In this document: positions 12,850 through 25,384 of the stretch, one piece after another | Layout of the letters: each line of letters starts with the position of its first letter | Position numbering within the stretch: position 1 is the first letter of the stretch | NCBI GenBank assembly: GCA_001938485.1 | Contig: MQRK01242767.1 | Coordinates: 3,123 to 67,122, forward strand | Direction: 5' to 3' | Source of the DNA: Girardia tigrina | Lineage: Eukaryota | DNA length: 64,000 nt | Made by a program: the position numbers and the translations under genes | The notes under the pieces: generated by a model | Told to the model about the DNA's origin: nothing | What the model saw: only the letters and a program-made list of their open reading frames with translations | Database searches by the model: none

Positions 12850-14190
12850 TTAACTTCAAGTTGAAAAAATCGATCTTAGGAAGATCGTCTTAAATGATAA
12901 CCGAAACAAAGAACAACAAGAAACGTCTTTATTTTTACTAATCATAAAACTCCGTATATTTCACCGAAGATCGTTTCGACAGGAAATTTTCTTTGAAGTT
13001 GTAAAAGTTAGAAATTTCTTTTTTTTGCGTTTTGAAAGTACCAAAACTCGTCGTCAGTGATACAACCTTCCATTGTGATCTTCACAATTCTTCTCAATTT
13101 CTGTTTCAATAATGTTATAAGACTTTCTATTTCCTTTTCCACAGTCATTCGTCACATTTAATATTTTTTCGTCCGTGTAAATTTGATATTTTTCATGTAG
13201 TTCAAAATCTTGACATTCGCTTATATTTGTCTTGTCTTGAACCACATTTTTAGGTTTTATACTATCAAGAGCTTTGTTCCAACAACTAATTATTACTTGT
13301 TCATCGAGTTCGAGCCATGATTGCTAATCATCATAAAGGTTCTCAACAAATTTACTCTTTTCATGGATACACTGCAGCGGCGTAGCCAGGATTGCAGAGG
13401 GGGGGTGGAAAAAAATTCCTGAAAGATCTAGCAATCTTAAATATAATTTTGGTGGCTAATTATGTTTTAATTTTTTCAGGGGTGGGGGTGTCTCCCGATT
13501 TTAACCCTCTAAACTTAAACGATCCTTAAGCTCCTTAAATGTTCCTCGGACCTCCTTTTTTCTCCCCGATTAAAATCCAATCAAGGGTTTCTATATTAAT
13601 CTTTGTTTTCAGCCTCGCCAGTAGGGCCGAAAACGTGGATTAAAATGGGAACGCCCAATTGGATTTTAATTGGGGAAAAAATGAGAGGTCCAGTTCCTCT
13701 AAGTTTTGTTTTTCGTAATAATTTTTTTAAACAATTTTTAGGGCATTTTATCAGAGGGTGGAAATCCACCCAATCACCCCCCCCTGGCTACGCGCCTGAT
13801 ACACTGTAATCATAAAGCGTACCATCATCAAACTTGGTTCACATACTTACGATACCGGTCTTTAAAAGGCATAATGGATGACTGACGTGGAATTGTTTGG
13901 AGAAAGAGTAGTTCTACATTTTGAAATTCTAAATCCACCAACTGGACAGACGTATTGTTTAAACAGAAAATGATTTTTCTATTCTGTGAAGCCATAAGAC
14001 TGTCAAGATCAAATAAAAGTCACCCAAGCTTTTTTAGATTATCCAAAATTTCTGTTGCATTTCTGAATATTTGCACATGATCGTTTTCATGAACGAGTGA
14101 TCTATTTCTTGTTGATTTGAAAAACAATCCAGTTTCATCGCAATTAAAAGCGTTTCGGTCGCGATAATTTTTGTTTTTTTCTCCTAAAAC
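12850..14190 (-). mobile_element. pogo/Tigger DDE transposase relic, interrupted by a hAT MITE
   Basis: FNCDETGLFFK, PNNSTSVI..AFKDRYRKY, IISCWNKA. A degenerate duplicate of its 3' part lies at ~12170-12290. Boundaries are approximate. Confidence 0.75.
13375..13798. mobile_element. hAT-type MITE
   Basis: TIRs CAGCGGCGTAGCCAGG / CCTGGCTACGCGCCTG and a perfect 8-bp TSD ATACACTG (13367-13374, 13799-13806). Confidence 0.92.
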
Positions 14191-16544
14191 TTGGAAAAAT
14201 TATTTGAAACTTGTTTAATCTTGAAATATGCTCCAAAAAAGCAGTGTCTATTAATAAGAGGGACGATTGCAAAACATATTTTTACTCTAAAATTTCTTCC
14301 TCTTTATGAGGAATATTATGAAAGGTATTTATTGCTTGTTGTTTGGTATGTTGTTTTAGGATTGTATTGCTCCACCCAGATGGAAGATTGATATCTTAAA
14401 TATTTTAAAATGTCAGACTTTATGATTTATTTATTCATAAAGAGAAACAATATATATTTTTCAATCGTTACGCAACCTTTTTCAAATATTCAATTTTAAT
14501 TGATTTGACTCAGATTCTACTTTCGTCTTCGATATGTAAATTTAACATAAATTTATTATTTTTTAAATGTATTTGAAGTTATAAATTATTTGTATCTCGA
14601 TCAGCGAAATTAAATCCCTTATTCTTAAAGAATTTTTTCAATTCCAAAAATTTGATTTCTCGTCCTTTTCAAAATCTCTCTAATAGTCGTCGTCTGAACT
14701 CTGCTCGCAATTGCCGTTTTCTCTTTGTCCTCCATGCATTCTCCAAGGTATTTGATCTTTGTACGATCTGAATTCTAAATGGTTAATGTCAGTTTTTTGT
14801 ACTTTGGTATTATGTACCGTGTTTTCCATTATACGTCAATTTATCAATTAGAAAAACTGTCATATGATTGGACAACTGACTTTGGGTGTATAAGCATGGT
14901 TTTAAATGCTTTATTAGTAATGCTCCTACTAATTCCGCACTTTTTGCCCAATATTTACTCAATTCGGTGAAAGTTAGAGATACTAATAAATAATTTGTAA
15001 ACTTATTTACAGCTTAAATACAAAATTTTATGTTTATATTGATAGAAATAAAATGTGTGTACATTTGTTAAGATAGAAAACGTTTTCTTTGTATTTAATC
15101 CACAATTTCATCAAAAATTCTTGACATAACTATTTACAAATATAAACATGGTGCACGATAAATATGGAATTTTATGCTTCTCAGGCAAGCGATATTGCGT
15201 TTCTCAAGCAGCAGGATGAATGTCAATAGACCGCTACTAGAAAGATTCAAAGTAACCGCCATACATTCGAACACAAGCTTTATCTCTCTAGTGGAAATTT
15301 GTACCAAGCCATAAGTTACTATGAGCTGATATCATCACATGCTTTCGTTTTATATATAACTAAAGAGAATCAATTTGTCTGTGCAGTATAGCAACCTCTC
15401 TGCTTGAAATTGGACCATATGCTGAAGTCAATTTTTAGCCATCGCGTGATGTCCGTTATGAATTCTAAGACCTGCGATGGGGTATAATCTTGTTGAAAGC
15501 TCTGTGGTCCACAGTGGAATTTGGAATTGGCCTATATCATAAATAGTCCACTTGATAATTTTTTCAAAATACATAACATTACTGAATTTGATCAAACAGA
15601 CTCCAGCAAGAAGCTCTACTATCTGTAGAAAGTAAGAGCCAACTATAAATTCAGTATTGACAGAAGATTAGAAACTTTAAGGCAATAGTGACTAGGTTTT
15701 CCGAGAATTGCGCGATCACTGCATTGGGAAAAATGACTTGATCAAAGCTTTTGCCCATACAAAAAGCATTTATGCTCTTTTAAGACGTTTATGCATCATT
15801 GACACATAAAACATGTGGGTTTTTCTGGTGCTGTAATGGAAAAGTTTCAGATCATTCCGGACAATGTACCGAAGGATTCAATAAGAGATACCCTGCTTAT
15901 TCACTATCTGACACATTAATCCGCTGCACCTTCTTTTTGATGTTGATTTTGAAGCTATGGGAAGTTTACTCATCATGGACGTCTACTTTTTAGGACGCCA
16001 TTGACTTGGAATTTCTCGTTGAACTGTTAGCAGATGCGACGAATAATTATTATTCTAATAGTCGACTAATTTTCTGTAACTGTATTTCTTATCTAATTCA
16101 GTTAACTATAATTTGGTGATGGATGCATTTCATAAAATAAAATCCAAGTAAAAGGCAACCGATCTTTAAATATTTCTATCAATGAGCAAAGGCATCCGAT
16201 CTCTACCTATATATATTCAAACTGCTCTCGATCCATGTCATTGTTTTTACAGGAACTTTTTAAAGTGCTGCAACCACTGACACCATAAAATTGCGTGGTC
16301 GTTTCCGCCTTCTTATTTTGGTTGGATAGAAATATCTTAAAACATTAAAAAGATTTATTAAAAAATACTAATATTTCAATTTATTTTTCAAAAAATTATA
16401 TTATTATATTTTTACAAAAAATATACTTTTAATAAATTTTGCCTTTCAAAGCATTTTCTAAGTACCAAAAAATTCAATTATATTAACTATTAAGCAAAAG
16501 TTTTAGTAATATAATCTAAATTAAAGTAAATTTTAATACAAATA

Positions 16545-18009
16545 CTTAGGCTGTCCCAAAAGTCCTCAGGTGGCCTTTAAAAACACAGTAATATTTTACC
16601 AAATTTAACCAAATTTGGACTGAATATTATTCAGACTGTCATAAATACTGTGTTAAAATTTCAAAGTATAAAATTAAAAAAAACTAAAATTTTGTTTTAT
16701 TAAAGTATTGAAATTTTAAAAGTGCAGCGAATTCAAATCAAGCGGTTTTTAACAATGAAACCAAATAAATGTTTCCAACGTTATTTTGTTCTAACTCAAA
16801 GTAAAAGAGGATTCTCTGCTTCAGAAATTCTTCAGCAACTTCAGCAGGCACGGGAAGACGCAAATCACCCAGCACTGAAAACTATTCAACAATGGTTTAC
16901 TGATTTTAAAAAAAGAACAGCGGACGTCCTTCGACGATTCATCAAGAAGTGGCAGGACGTCATTAATAGACGATGAAAAGATTAAAGCAGTCAAAGAAGT
17001 GATTGATGAAGCTCCAAATGCGTCTTTGTGTTATATTGAAAATGAACTTTCTTTAAGCAAAAATACAGTCCACAAAATTTTGCGTGAAAAACTTCATTAC
17101 AAAACAGTTTGCTCTGTTTGAGTCCCTCACGAACTTTCTGCTGCTAACAAACAACAATGCATTAACACTGCAAAGCATATACGCCATGTAATTTCACAGA
17201 TGGGTGATGAAGCATATTCCAACATAGCGATCGAGGATGAGACATGGGTCTTTTTCCAAGGTAGAGGAAAGAAAGAAGATCACAAAGTTTGGATTTCTTC
17301 TAATGCTGTTTCACAAAAAGTGATAAAGCCATCGCCAATGACTGATAAAAAATCTCTTGCTTTCGTAACCTTTACCTGCAACAAACGTTTTAATGTAAAA
17401 GCACTGTGAACTTTGTTCATGACACCGGTGAAAAATGGCGGACACTTAGATCTAACAGTATCAAGCTAACGGAACTTAAGTGGTGGCATGATAATGCAAG
17501 ATCTCATTCTAGCAAAGAAACAACTCTTTTTTTTTGAAAGAAGAAAAATTGAAAAAAATTATCAATGGCCCTATAGTCCAGATTTCAATCTGTGACAGAT
17601 TCTTGTTTTCAAAAATGAAGAAAAGTTTTAAAAATCATGTTTTCAAATCACATGAAGAAATTGAAGAAGCTTGTAAATTCTTTTTTAATTCCTTATCAAC
17701 AGTAACATTAAAAAATCAACTAGATAAACTTTTTAACTATTGTCAGTTGGCTATTGACAACAATTGTGAATATGTTGTTGCTTAAGAAATTTTTAAAATA
17801 TTTTTTTAAATAAATTTTTAAATTCGCTGCATCTATTTTTTTTGTTGGTTAATAATATTATTTTTTTGGCAAGTTTCAAATTTTATGCTTTGAAATTTTA
17901 ACACAGTATTTATGACAGTCTGAATAATATTCAGTCCAAATTTGGTTAAATTTGGTAAAATATTACTGTGTTTTTAAAGGCCACCTGAGGACTTTTGGGA
18001 CAGCCTAAG
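16545..18009 (+). mobile_element. Mariner-like (DD34D) transposon with long TIRs; transposase pseudogene
   Basis: TA TSD and 122-bp perfect TIRs. Motifs (W)VPHEL, EDETWV, HDNARSH, YSPD..CD. D-to-D spacing is 34 after correcting frameshifts. Confidence 0.95.
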
Positions 18010-19764
18010 TATGTTAATTTGTTATATGTTTAAAGTGAAGTATAATTTTTAATTTGATTTAATAAATAATAAATATATTTAAAAATAAAATATAATTTTC
18101 TTTTATAAAAGTTTGTTGAAATTTCAACTTTATACCTTATACTTTCTCAGCTGAAGAGTATTCCTGCTCGGATAAGTGGTCATTGAACGCATGAAGGAGT
18201 TCATCAAGGACTTCAGAATCGAAATTCTCAAGTTCCGCTTTTTCCTTCTCTATAATGTCTGGTTCTTTTATCATATTGAGTAACGTCGTCTTTAGACCTA
18301 GATCTTTATTGATAATAATTTAGTTTATTTTCTTGATTCATTGAACAAGAGATCGTTATTTGACAAATCATCTTTTTCTATGATCTTCAAACTGGCCAGG
18401 ATACAATTACTACTTTTGGCCATGTTCCGAGCTACGCTACTAGGAGAGCAATGAGTAGTACCGTTTTGTCCAGCATGACCTTTTCAAATCTTTGGCCAAT
18501 GACTTTTAATGATTCATTATAAGTGTTGTTGTTGACCCTGTTGTTCTTAGTGTCATAGGGACATTTTACATTCCTCAGATATCCTGTGTTTTGTCCTGGT
18601 GCCACAATTTTCTTAATGCGTTCAAATTTAAAATAAATTGCGATTCAATTTTCTTTTACCTAATATTTTAATTAATCTCGTTATTACATAAAACAAAAAT
18701 TTTAAGTTAACAAAACAAAATAATTGGCTCAAATTTTTTATCAGAAATATTTATTTTTAATTTTTTTTAAAATAAAAAAAATTATAAAAACAATTAATAC
18801 ATTAATAAAATTTATTAAAACAATTTTATTATTTTTTTACTGATTGTAATCAAAAAATCTCAACAGTGTTTCATAGCGTATTTCTGACATTGAAATGGGC
18901 TGAGCAAATTTATTCAGATTTTATTATCGAAATTTCAATAAAATTTTGTTTTATTTTCTCTTCATTAATCGATATATTTTCTGGAAAAAATGTTTTTTGT
19001 TCTTTCAATTTATTTATTACAAAAAAAATTTTTTTATTGATTTTTAAAATTTTTTTCTGAATATTTGTTAAAATATTTGTTTTCAAAAAAATAATTTTTG
19101 AATATTTTTATAGAATTTTTAATTAATTTAAATGAAAATTTACAACTAAAAATCTAATTAAAAATTCATAATAATAAAATTAAATTTAGATGAAAAAATA
19201 ATATTTCAGTTTCAAAATAAAAAAAATAAACTGATATTTTAGGATAATTTAGAAGCAGTAAAATTCAATAAGTAAATTTATCAAATGTGAAATATAAAAT
19301 AAGTAAATAAATATGCAAAATTAATATTATTATGAGCAGTTAATTGAAATTTTCACTTCGATAAAATAATTTATTATATTTTTTAAATTTGGAAGTTTTT
19401 AAAAATTAAATAAACACAAAAAGTTTTAAAATTAAAAAGGATCTTAAAAGGTGTGATATGAAATTAATGGATGATATTAAAAATAATAAAAACGTGATTA
19501 ATCATTTTTTTGTTTAAATATTCATTGTTATTTATGTTGTTTTTAAAATATATGTTTATTAGTTACCAATTATTGCATTTATAATTATTATCAATCTGAG
19601 CATATAACAAAAGGAAAGCCAAAAAGTGACATACTTATCAAATATAAAAAAATGTTTACAAATGTGTAACAATTGATAAAAATTTGGAAATAAGAATTTT
19701 AAAAATATTTTATAAAAATTTTTAGTTATAATTTTAAAAAATTAATTTTATAATTATAAACAAA

Positions 19765-20003
19765 AACACGCCATTTGTTAAATTTATTTTTTATGACAAT
19801 TAATTTCGACGGTATAACCGTCATCGTCAGGTCTCAAGAAAGAAATGAATTTTAAATCTACTTATATAGGCAAGCAGTGATTATGTCATCAATGGATTAT
19901 TATGTCATCTAAAAACGCTTAATAGGGTTTTCGAGAGACCCGTTTGCACATTAATCTTAGGATCTAAAGATCTGATATAAAGCGCTTCACAGGCCACCAA
20001 GTT
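19765..20003 (-). mobile_element. Penelope-like 3' fragment (GIY-YIG C-terminus + pLTR)
   Basis: CEALYIRSLDPKINVQTGLSKTLLSVFR*, followed by TATATAA, a hammerhead and AATAAA. Confidence 0.85.
19795..19833 (-). ncRNA. Minimal type I hammerhead ribozyme
   Basis: GAC-CUGACGA-U-GACGG(UUAUA)CCGUC-GAAA-UUAA-UU-GUC. Confidence 0.85.
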
Positions 20004-20045
20004 ATTAAACAAAAATAACACCATTTTAATTTTAAATTTTTATTG

Positions 20046-20083
20046 GAAAACATGTTTCGCCACTTTTGTGGCATCTTCAGTTC
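20046..20083 (-). ncRNA. Minimal type I hammerhead ribozyme
   Basis: GAA-CUGAAGA-U-GCCAC(AAAA)GUGGC-GAAA-CAUG-UU-UUC. Confidence 0.88.
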
Positions 20084-20146
20084 TGTATTTAATTACAAAG
20101 TTATTGTTTATATAGAAAGATGACCATTACGTCACAGTGTGTTACG

Positions 20147-20515
20147 TCAAAATACTCTAATATGATTTGACGAATCACTTTGCACATTTAGACTAGGTTT
20201 ACAAAACTTTATAAAGAGTGCTTCAGTAATTGTCCTTTCATAATTGTAATCAAAGTTACTAATAAAAACCCGAAAATCATTATCAAATACCCTCCATTGA
20301 GTTCCATGACATTTCACTATGTGGTTCAAAATTGAGATTTTTCTACTTGATTGGGTATGTTCTGCAATTCTAGTACGGAGGTGACGATTTGTCTCTCCAA
20401 TGTACAAGGATTCACACTTGTGACATTTATATTGGTAAACTAAATTTGCTTTCATACCCAATTGTGTTTTAGATTTATTTGAGAAGCAATTAGAAATTTT
20501 ATTAGTTAGAAACAA
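20147..20515 (-). pseudogene. GIY-YIG endonuclease domain, inverted copy
   Basis: LVYQYKCHKCESLYIGETNRHLRTRIAEH..EALFIK..PSLNVQ. Confidence 0.9.
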
Positions 20516-20869
20516 TACTTTAATTGTAACACCTACTGGGGCCTGTTTTTCTAAATTCGTTTAAAATCCCTAGCACCTTCGGAATATGGAATTTTTAAAT
20601 AAATTTTTTTGAATTAATCACTTCCTCAGTTGCATTCAAATTTTTATTAATTTTGTCTTTTGATTTTAAATAAATTGACTCCACAGTATTTTTAATGATA
20701 TTATTTAAATATTTCTTATTATAACCATTAATACTAAGTCTATTATGAAGAGTATCAATTTCTTTATCAAAAATTTCAAAAGAAGAAGTTAAACTCCAAA
20801 ATTGTTATTGATAACAAGAGGAAAAATGGTTTACCAATTCCCATTAAAGATGAAAAAAATATTAATTTA

Positions 20870-21916
20870 ATGATATACAATTTTATAAAAAGTAATGATT
20901 TAAATTCTACTCTTAAAAACAGTTTACTAGCTCAAGGGTCACAACCTTCTAAGTTATACGGTCTTCCAAAAGTACACAAAACAGACATCCCGATGAGGCC
21001 TGTGTTGTCAATGATTGGAAGTGCACAATATAATGTTGATAAGACTCTTGTTAAATTATTAAAACCATTAATAAATAATCCTTTAGAATGTAAGGAAAGT
21101 TTTGAATTCGTAGAAAAGATTATAAATTTAGAAGTTAATTCGGAAAGTGAAACTATGGTCTCATTTGATGTGGTAAATCTTTTCACTAATATCCCATTAG
21201 AGGAGACGATTCAGTTATGTGATGATCTTTGGGATGAATTGGTTGAAGATAAATCAAAATCAATGAGTACTAAAGCCCTGAAAGCCTTGCTTGAATTCAG
21301 CACTAAGAATGTTCCCTTCTCGTTTAATGATGATTGGTATATGCAAATTGATGGAGTTGCAATGGGTTCTCCATTGGTTTCGTCAATGGCTTCAATTTTC
21401 TTACAAAATTTGGAGCAAAAATTTAAAAATTTTACAGGGGAATTACCAATCTTCTATACCAGGTATGTAGATGATACTTTTCTGATATTTAAAAAGAAGG
21501 AAGATGTGAATAGTTTTTTAAACTTTATNNNNNNNNNNNNNNNNNNNNNNNNNNNNNNNNNNNNNNNNNNNNNNNNNNNNNNNNNNNNNNNNNNNNNNNN
21601 NNNNNNNNNNNNNNNNNNNNNNNNNNNNNNNNNNNNNNNNNNNNNNNNNNNNNNNNNNNNNNNNNNNNNNNNNNNNNNNNNNNNNNGTTTCTGTGACCCA
21701 AAATATAATAGAAATATGATTAAGGGTCTAGTGCATAGAGTTTGGAGTTTAACTTCTTCTTTTGAAATTTTTGATAAAGAAATTGATACTCTTCATAATA
21801 GACTTATTATTAATGGTTATAATAAGAAATATTTAAATAACATCATTAAAAATACTGTGGAGTCAATTTATTTAAAATCAAAAGACAAAATTAATAAAAA
21901 ATTTGAATGCAACTGA
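20870..21916 (+). pseudogene. Penelope-like reverse transcriptase (spans an N gap)
   Basis: LYGLPKVHK..RPVLS, SFDVVNLFTNIP, QIDGVAMGSP, YTRYVDD. Confidence 0.95.
21529..21686. other. Assembly gap
   Basis: N run. Confidence 1.
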
Positions 21917-22026
21917 GGAATTGATTAATTCAAAAAAATTTATTTAAAAATTCCATATTCCGAAGGTGCTAGGGATTTTAAACGAATTTAGAAAAACAGG
22001 CCCCAGTAGGTGTTACAATTAAAGTA

Positions 22027-22395
22027 TTGTTTCTAACTAATAAAATTTCTAATTGCTTCTCAAATAAATCTAAAACACAATTGGGTATGAAAGCAAATTT
22101 AGTTTACCAATATAAATGTCACAAGTGTGAATCCTTGTACATTGGAGAGACAAATCGTCACCTCCGTACTAGAATTGCAGAACATACCCAATCAAGTAGA
22201 AAAATCTCAATTTTGAACCACATAGTGAAATGTCATGGAACTCAATGGAGGGTATTTGATAATGATTTTCGGGTTTTGATTAGTAACTTTGATCACAATT
22301 ATGAAAAGACAATTACTGAAGCACTCTTTATAAAGTTTTGTAAACCTAGTCTAAATGTGCAAAGTGATTCGTCCAATCATATTAGAGTATTTTGA
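22027..22395 (+). pseudogene. Penelope GIY-YIG endonuclease domain
   Basis: VY..C..C..YIGET.R.L..R..EH. Separated from the RT by a frameshift/stop. Confidence 0.92.
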
Positions 22396-22458
22396 CGTAA
22401 CACACTGTGACATAATGACCATCTTTCTATATAAACAATAACTTTCTAATTAAATACA

Positions 22459-22496
22459 GAACTGAAGATGCCACAAAAGTGGCGAAACATGTTTTC
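22459..22496 (+). ncRNA. Minimal type I hammerhead ribozyme
   Basis: GAA-CUGAAGA-U-GCCAC(AAAA)GUGGC-GAAA-CAUG-UU-UUC; TATATAA at 22428; AATAAA at 22498. Confidence 0.88.
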
Positions 22497-23076
22497 CAAT
22501 AAAAATTTAAAATTAAAATGGTGTTATTTTTGTTTAATGACGAAATTACCATTTGATTTAAAGAAATTAAATTTAATTATAAGTTAAGTTTTACAAATTA
22601 AATTGCAAAAAAAATTTAATAGATGATTTTTTGCGAAATGATTGAATTAACAAGAAATTTGTTTATATATTTGTAATATTGTCATTAATAAAGTTTTGTG
22701 ATAAATATGACTTCTGAAATTTCGGATAATGAAAATGGCATATACGATTCTTCCAATTATAAATCCTTCAAAGATCACAATTGTTAAGTTCATACATAGT
22801 AAACCCAAAATTAGTTGTCCCTAATTTTGTAAGCTTAGCAAAGTAATGAGTAAATGATAACATGATGATTTTGCTGAAACTTTATGAAAATTTTATTAAG
22901 ATGAGTTTGATTTATCTTATCATTATAGTAATCTTACTACTCTATAATAAATAAAGAATACAGTTATGTTTTTGGTTTCTTTAAAATCCATTTTCAAAGT
23001 CAAATCAAAGCTATATTTTAAACCGCGTACAAAAACTATTTATTATTTAAACAAACAATATTTAGTAATTAATCAA

Positions 23077-24270
23077 TCACACATAACTCTCCCCCTCTTC
23101 AAGAACCCGGCCAGCGTTTGAGCCATTCAATGTGCTTCTTTTCACCCCATTTGAAAATTGAATTTCAATCTGATGTGGTGAAATGATCATGAGGATCTTG
23201 TACGGTCCTTCGTATTGGAAATCGTTCTTCTTTCTCTTTGCAGGATCCACCCGGACGAGTACCATCTCTCCCTCTCTGAAATATCTCTTCCCTCGACTTT
23301 CTTTTTGGTACATCATCATTTTCTCAGCTGCAGCATCTGCATTGTCTCGAACCTCTTCATTGATCTGATCCTTGTCGTAACGTTTCGTTCCAGACACCGA
23401 ATGGATGTTTATTTTCCGGCCGTAAACGATTTCGAAAGGTGAGAATTTAGTCGAATCTTGCACAGTTGCATTGATACTGAATTCAATCCGAGGCAACAAT
23501 TCATCCCAATTTTTCTTTGTACATTTACCTTTCAATGACGTTGCGATCATATTTCTTACTGTTCTTATCACTCGTTCCGCTAAACCATTCGACTGATGTT
23601 GATATGGTGAGCTAAATTCTTGTTTGATCTGTAATTGTTCCAAGCTCTGGCTCATAAATGCACTCTGAAATTGTCTACCCCGGTCTGTTAGAATACTAAA
23701 TGGCTTGCCGAATTTATAGATCCAATTGTGCAAAATACATTTAAACATAGTGCGCTCATCTTGCTTCGAAACCGCGTTCAAACTGACTAACTTACTAAAT
23801 CGGTCTATAATGACTACCAAATATTTTTTTGTTGAAACTTTGTCCATGTGGGCAACATCTATCACTATCTGATCTAAAAAGTTTTGGCTCTTCCGAGGGC
23901 ATAGAATGTCTTTCGTTCTGGATTGATCAATTTTTCGCTTTGCACAAACGTAACACTGATTGATACATTCCTTTATGCACTCATATATGGCGTGCCAATG
24001 AAAATTGTCCTGTAAATACTTGAATATTTTCTTAATTCCCAGATGACAAAGATCGATGTGAACACCTCTAACGAATTCTTGTGCATAATTCTCTGGAATG
24101 ATCGTTAGTAGACCATTATTTTGTTCAACCATGACGAGACGGTCTATTAATTTGTACAGATAGCTTCCTTTGAAAACGTCAGAAAATTTTCTATTTCTAT
24201 CTGCAGATACTTCCATTGCTTCCATGATGACTGCATCACTGCGTTGTTTGTTTTCTAAAATCCCCATCAT
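23077..24270 (-). CDS. Gypsy integrase (HHCC zinc finger, DDE core, GPY/F), open for 397 aa
   Basis: H..CHLG..CYVC, IVIDVAHM, ILTDRGRQF, SNGLAERVIR, YEGPYKI. Confidence 0.9.
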   Translation of the reverse strand: MMGILENKQRSDAVIMEAMEVSADRNRKFSDVFKGSYLYKLIDRLVMVEQNNGLLTIIPENYAQEFVRGVHIDLCHLGIKKIFKYLQDNFHWHAIYECIKECINQCYVCAKRKIDQSRTKDILCPRKSQNFLDQIVIDVAHMDKVSTKKYLVVIIDRFSKLVSLNAVSKQDERTMFKCILHNWIYKFGKPFSILTDRGRQFQSAFMSQSLEQLQIKQEFSSPYQHQSNGLAERVIRTVRNMIATSLKGKCTKKNWDELLPRIEFSINATVQDSTKFSPFEIVYGRKINIHSVSGTKRYDKDQINEEVRDNADAAAEKMMMYQKESRGKRYFREGEMVLVRVDPAKRKKNDFQYEGPYKILMIISPHQIEIQFSNGVKRSTLNGSNAGRVLEEGESYV

Positions 24271-24317
24271 GTTATTTATTCCATAAAGAGAATTCAGGTA
24301 TTTGATTTTTGAATTTT

Positions 24318-24587
24318 TTATTTGACTTCGATATGACTAGTTTCACATTGTGAGCAAAGTTTCTGCTTAATACGAGACAAGCCATATGCATTATTGTGTT
24401 CTTCACCTTTCCTGTATTGAAGAGTGAAGTCATATTCAGACAGATTTGCCAGCCATGTTTGAAATTGTGGGCTTATCGGTGTCTTCGTGGTGTTCATGAA
24501 GACCAAAGGCTTGTGGTCTGTGCGGGTAATGAACCGTTTCCCGTATAAATATTGATTAAAATGTAAGACGTATTCATGAAGAGCCAA
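24318..24587 (-). pseudogene. Gypsy RNase H C-terminal part
   Basis: HFNQYLYGKRFITRTDHKPL..WLANLSEYDFTLQYRKG..NAYGLSR. Confidence 0.9.
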
Positions 24588-24886
24588 ACTCTGACAAACA
24601 ATCCAACAGTAAATGAGTATCGGGCATCGGAAACGAAATCTTGTCTTTCACAGCATTTAACATACGACAGTCGACGCACATTCTTATGGAGCCATCTTTC
24701 TTACCCACGATTACCAGCGGTGAGTTCCATGGACTTTTGTATGGCCGAATAATGTTCGACTACCATAAATTATGTATCATTTCATCAATCTTACTCTCCA
24801 AATGCATCGGTTGTCGGCGGTGATGTTGGCTTATTGATACATTTCTTGTCACAATGTGATGTTGGATCTTCCGAGTATGTCCCAAA

Positions 24887-25384
24887 TCAAACTTTGAAGC
24901 CATGATATATATTTCCAAATTCACAGATAAGCTGTTGAAGAGCTTTCTGTTTGTGATTCTTGTACTGTTCCAGTGCTAAACTTGTCCGCTCCTCATCAGT
25001 ATGAGTATTCTTCAATAAATCTGCGTCAATATTATTAACTTCTAATAGTTGTACTCCAAACATCTGCATAGTGTCAATACCGCCAATGAATGGTGGATAT
25101 ATCTTTTTCACAACGACCACCTTGATTTTCCTCAACTTTTTGTTCCAACGAATATCTAATAAAACAACACCCATGGGCATTTCTGTACCGGTCGAAAACA
25201 CACCGCTTAATCGAACTTCTGATTCTGAAAGTCTCGGTTCTCCAATCTTCCACCAATAATCTTCATTTATCACCGTAACCGATGCTCCTGAATCCCACAA
25301 CATCTCTAAACAAACACCTTCCACCTCTACCATACTCCCCATTCTCCCATCAGTTGACTTCCGCATCTCGTCCCGCTTTTCCAC
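24887..25384 (-). pseudogene. Gypsy aspartic protease
   Basis: MLWDSGASVTVI..FIGGID. Confidence 0.85.

Larger units (their letters stand above)
20004..22538 (+). mobile_element. Penelope-like retroelement, 5'-truncated, preceded by an inverted ~800-bp copy of its own 3' end (20004-20800)
   Basis: RT and GIY-YIG ORFs. 20004-20800 is the near-identical reverse complement of ~21740-22538. Inverted pLTR structures are known for Penelope. Confidence 0.95.
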
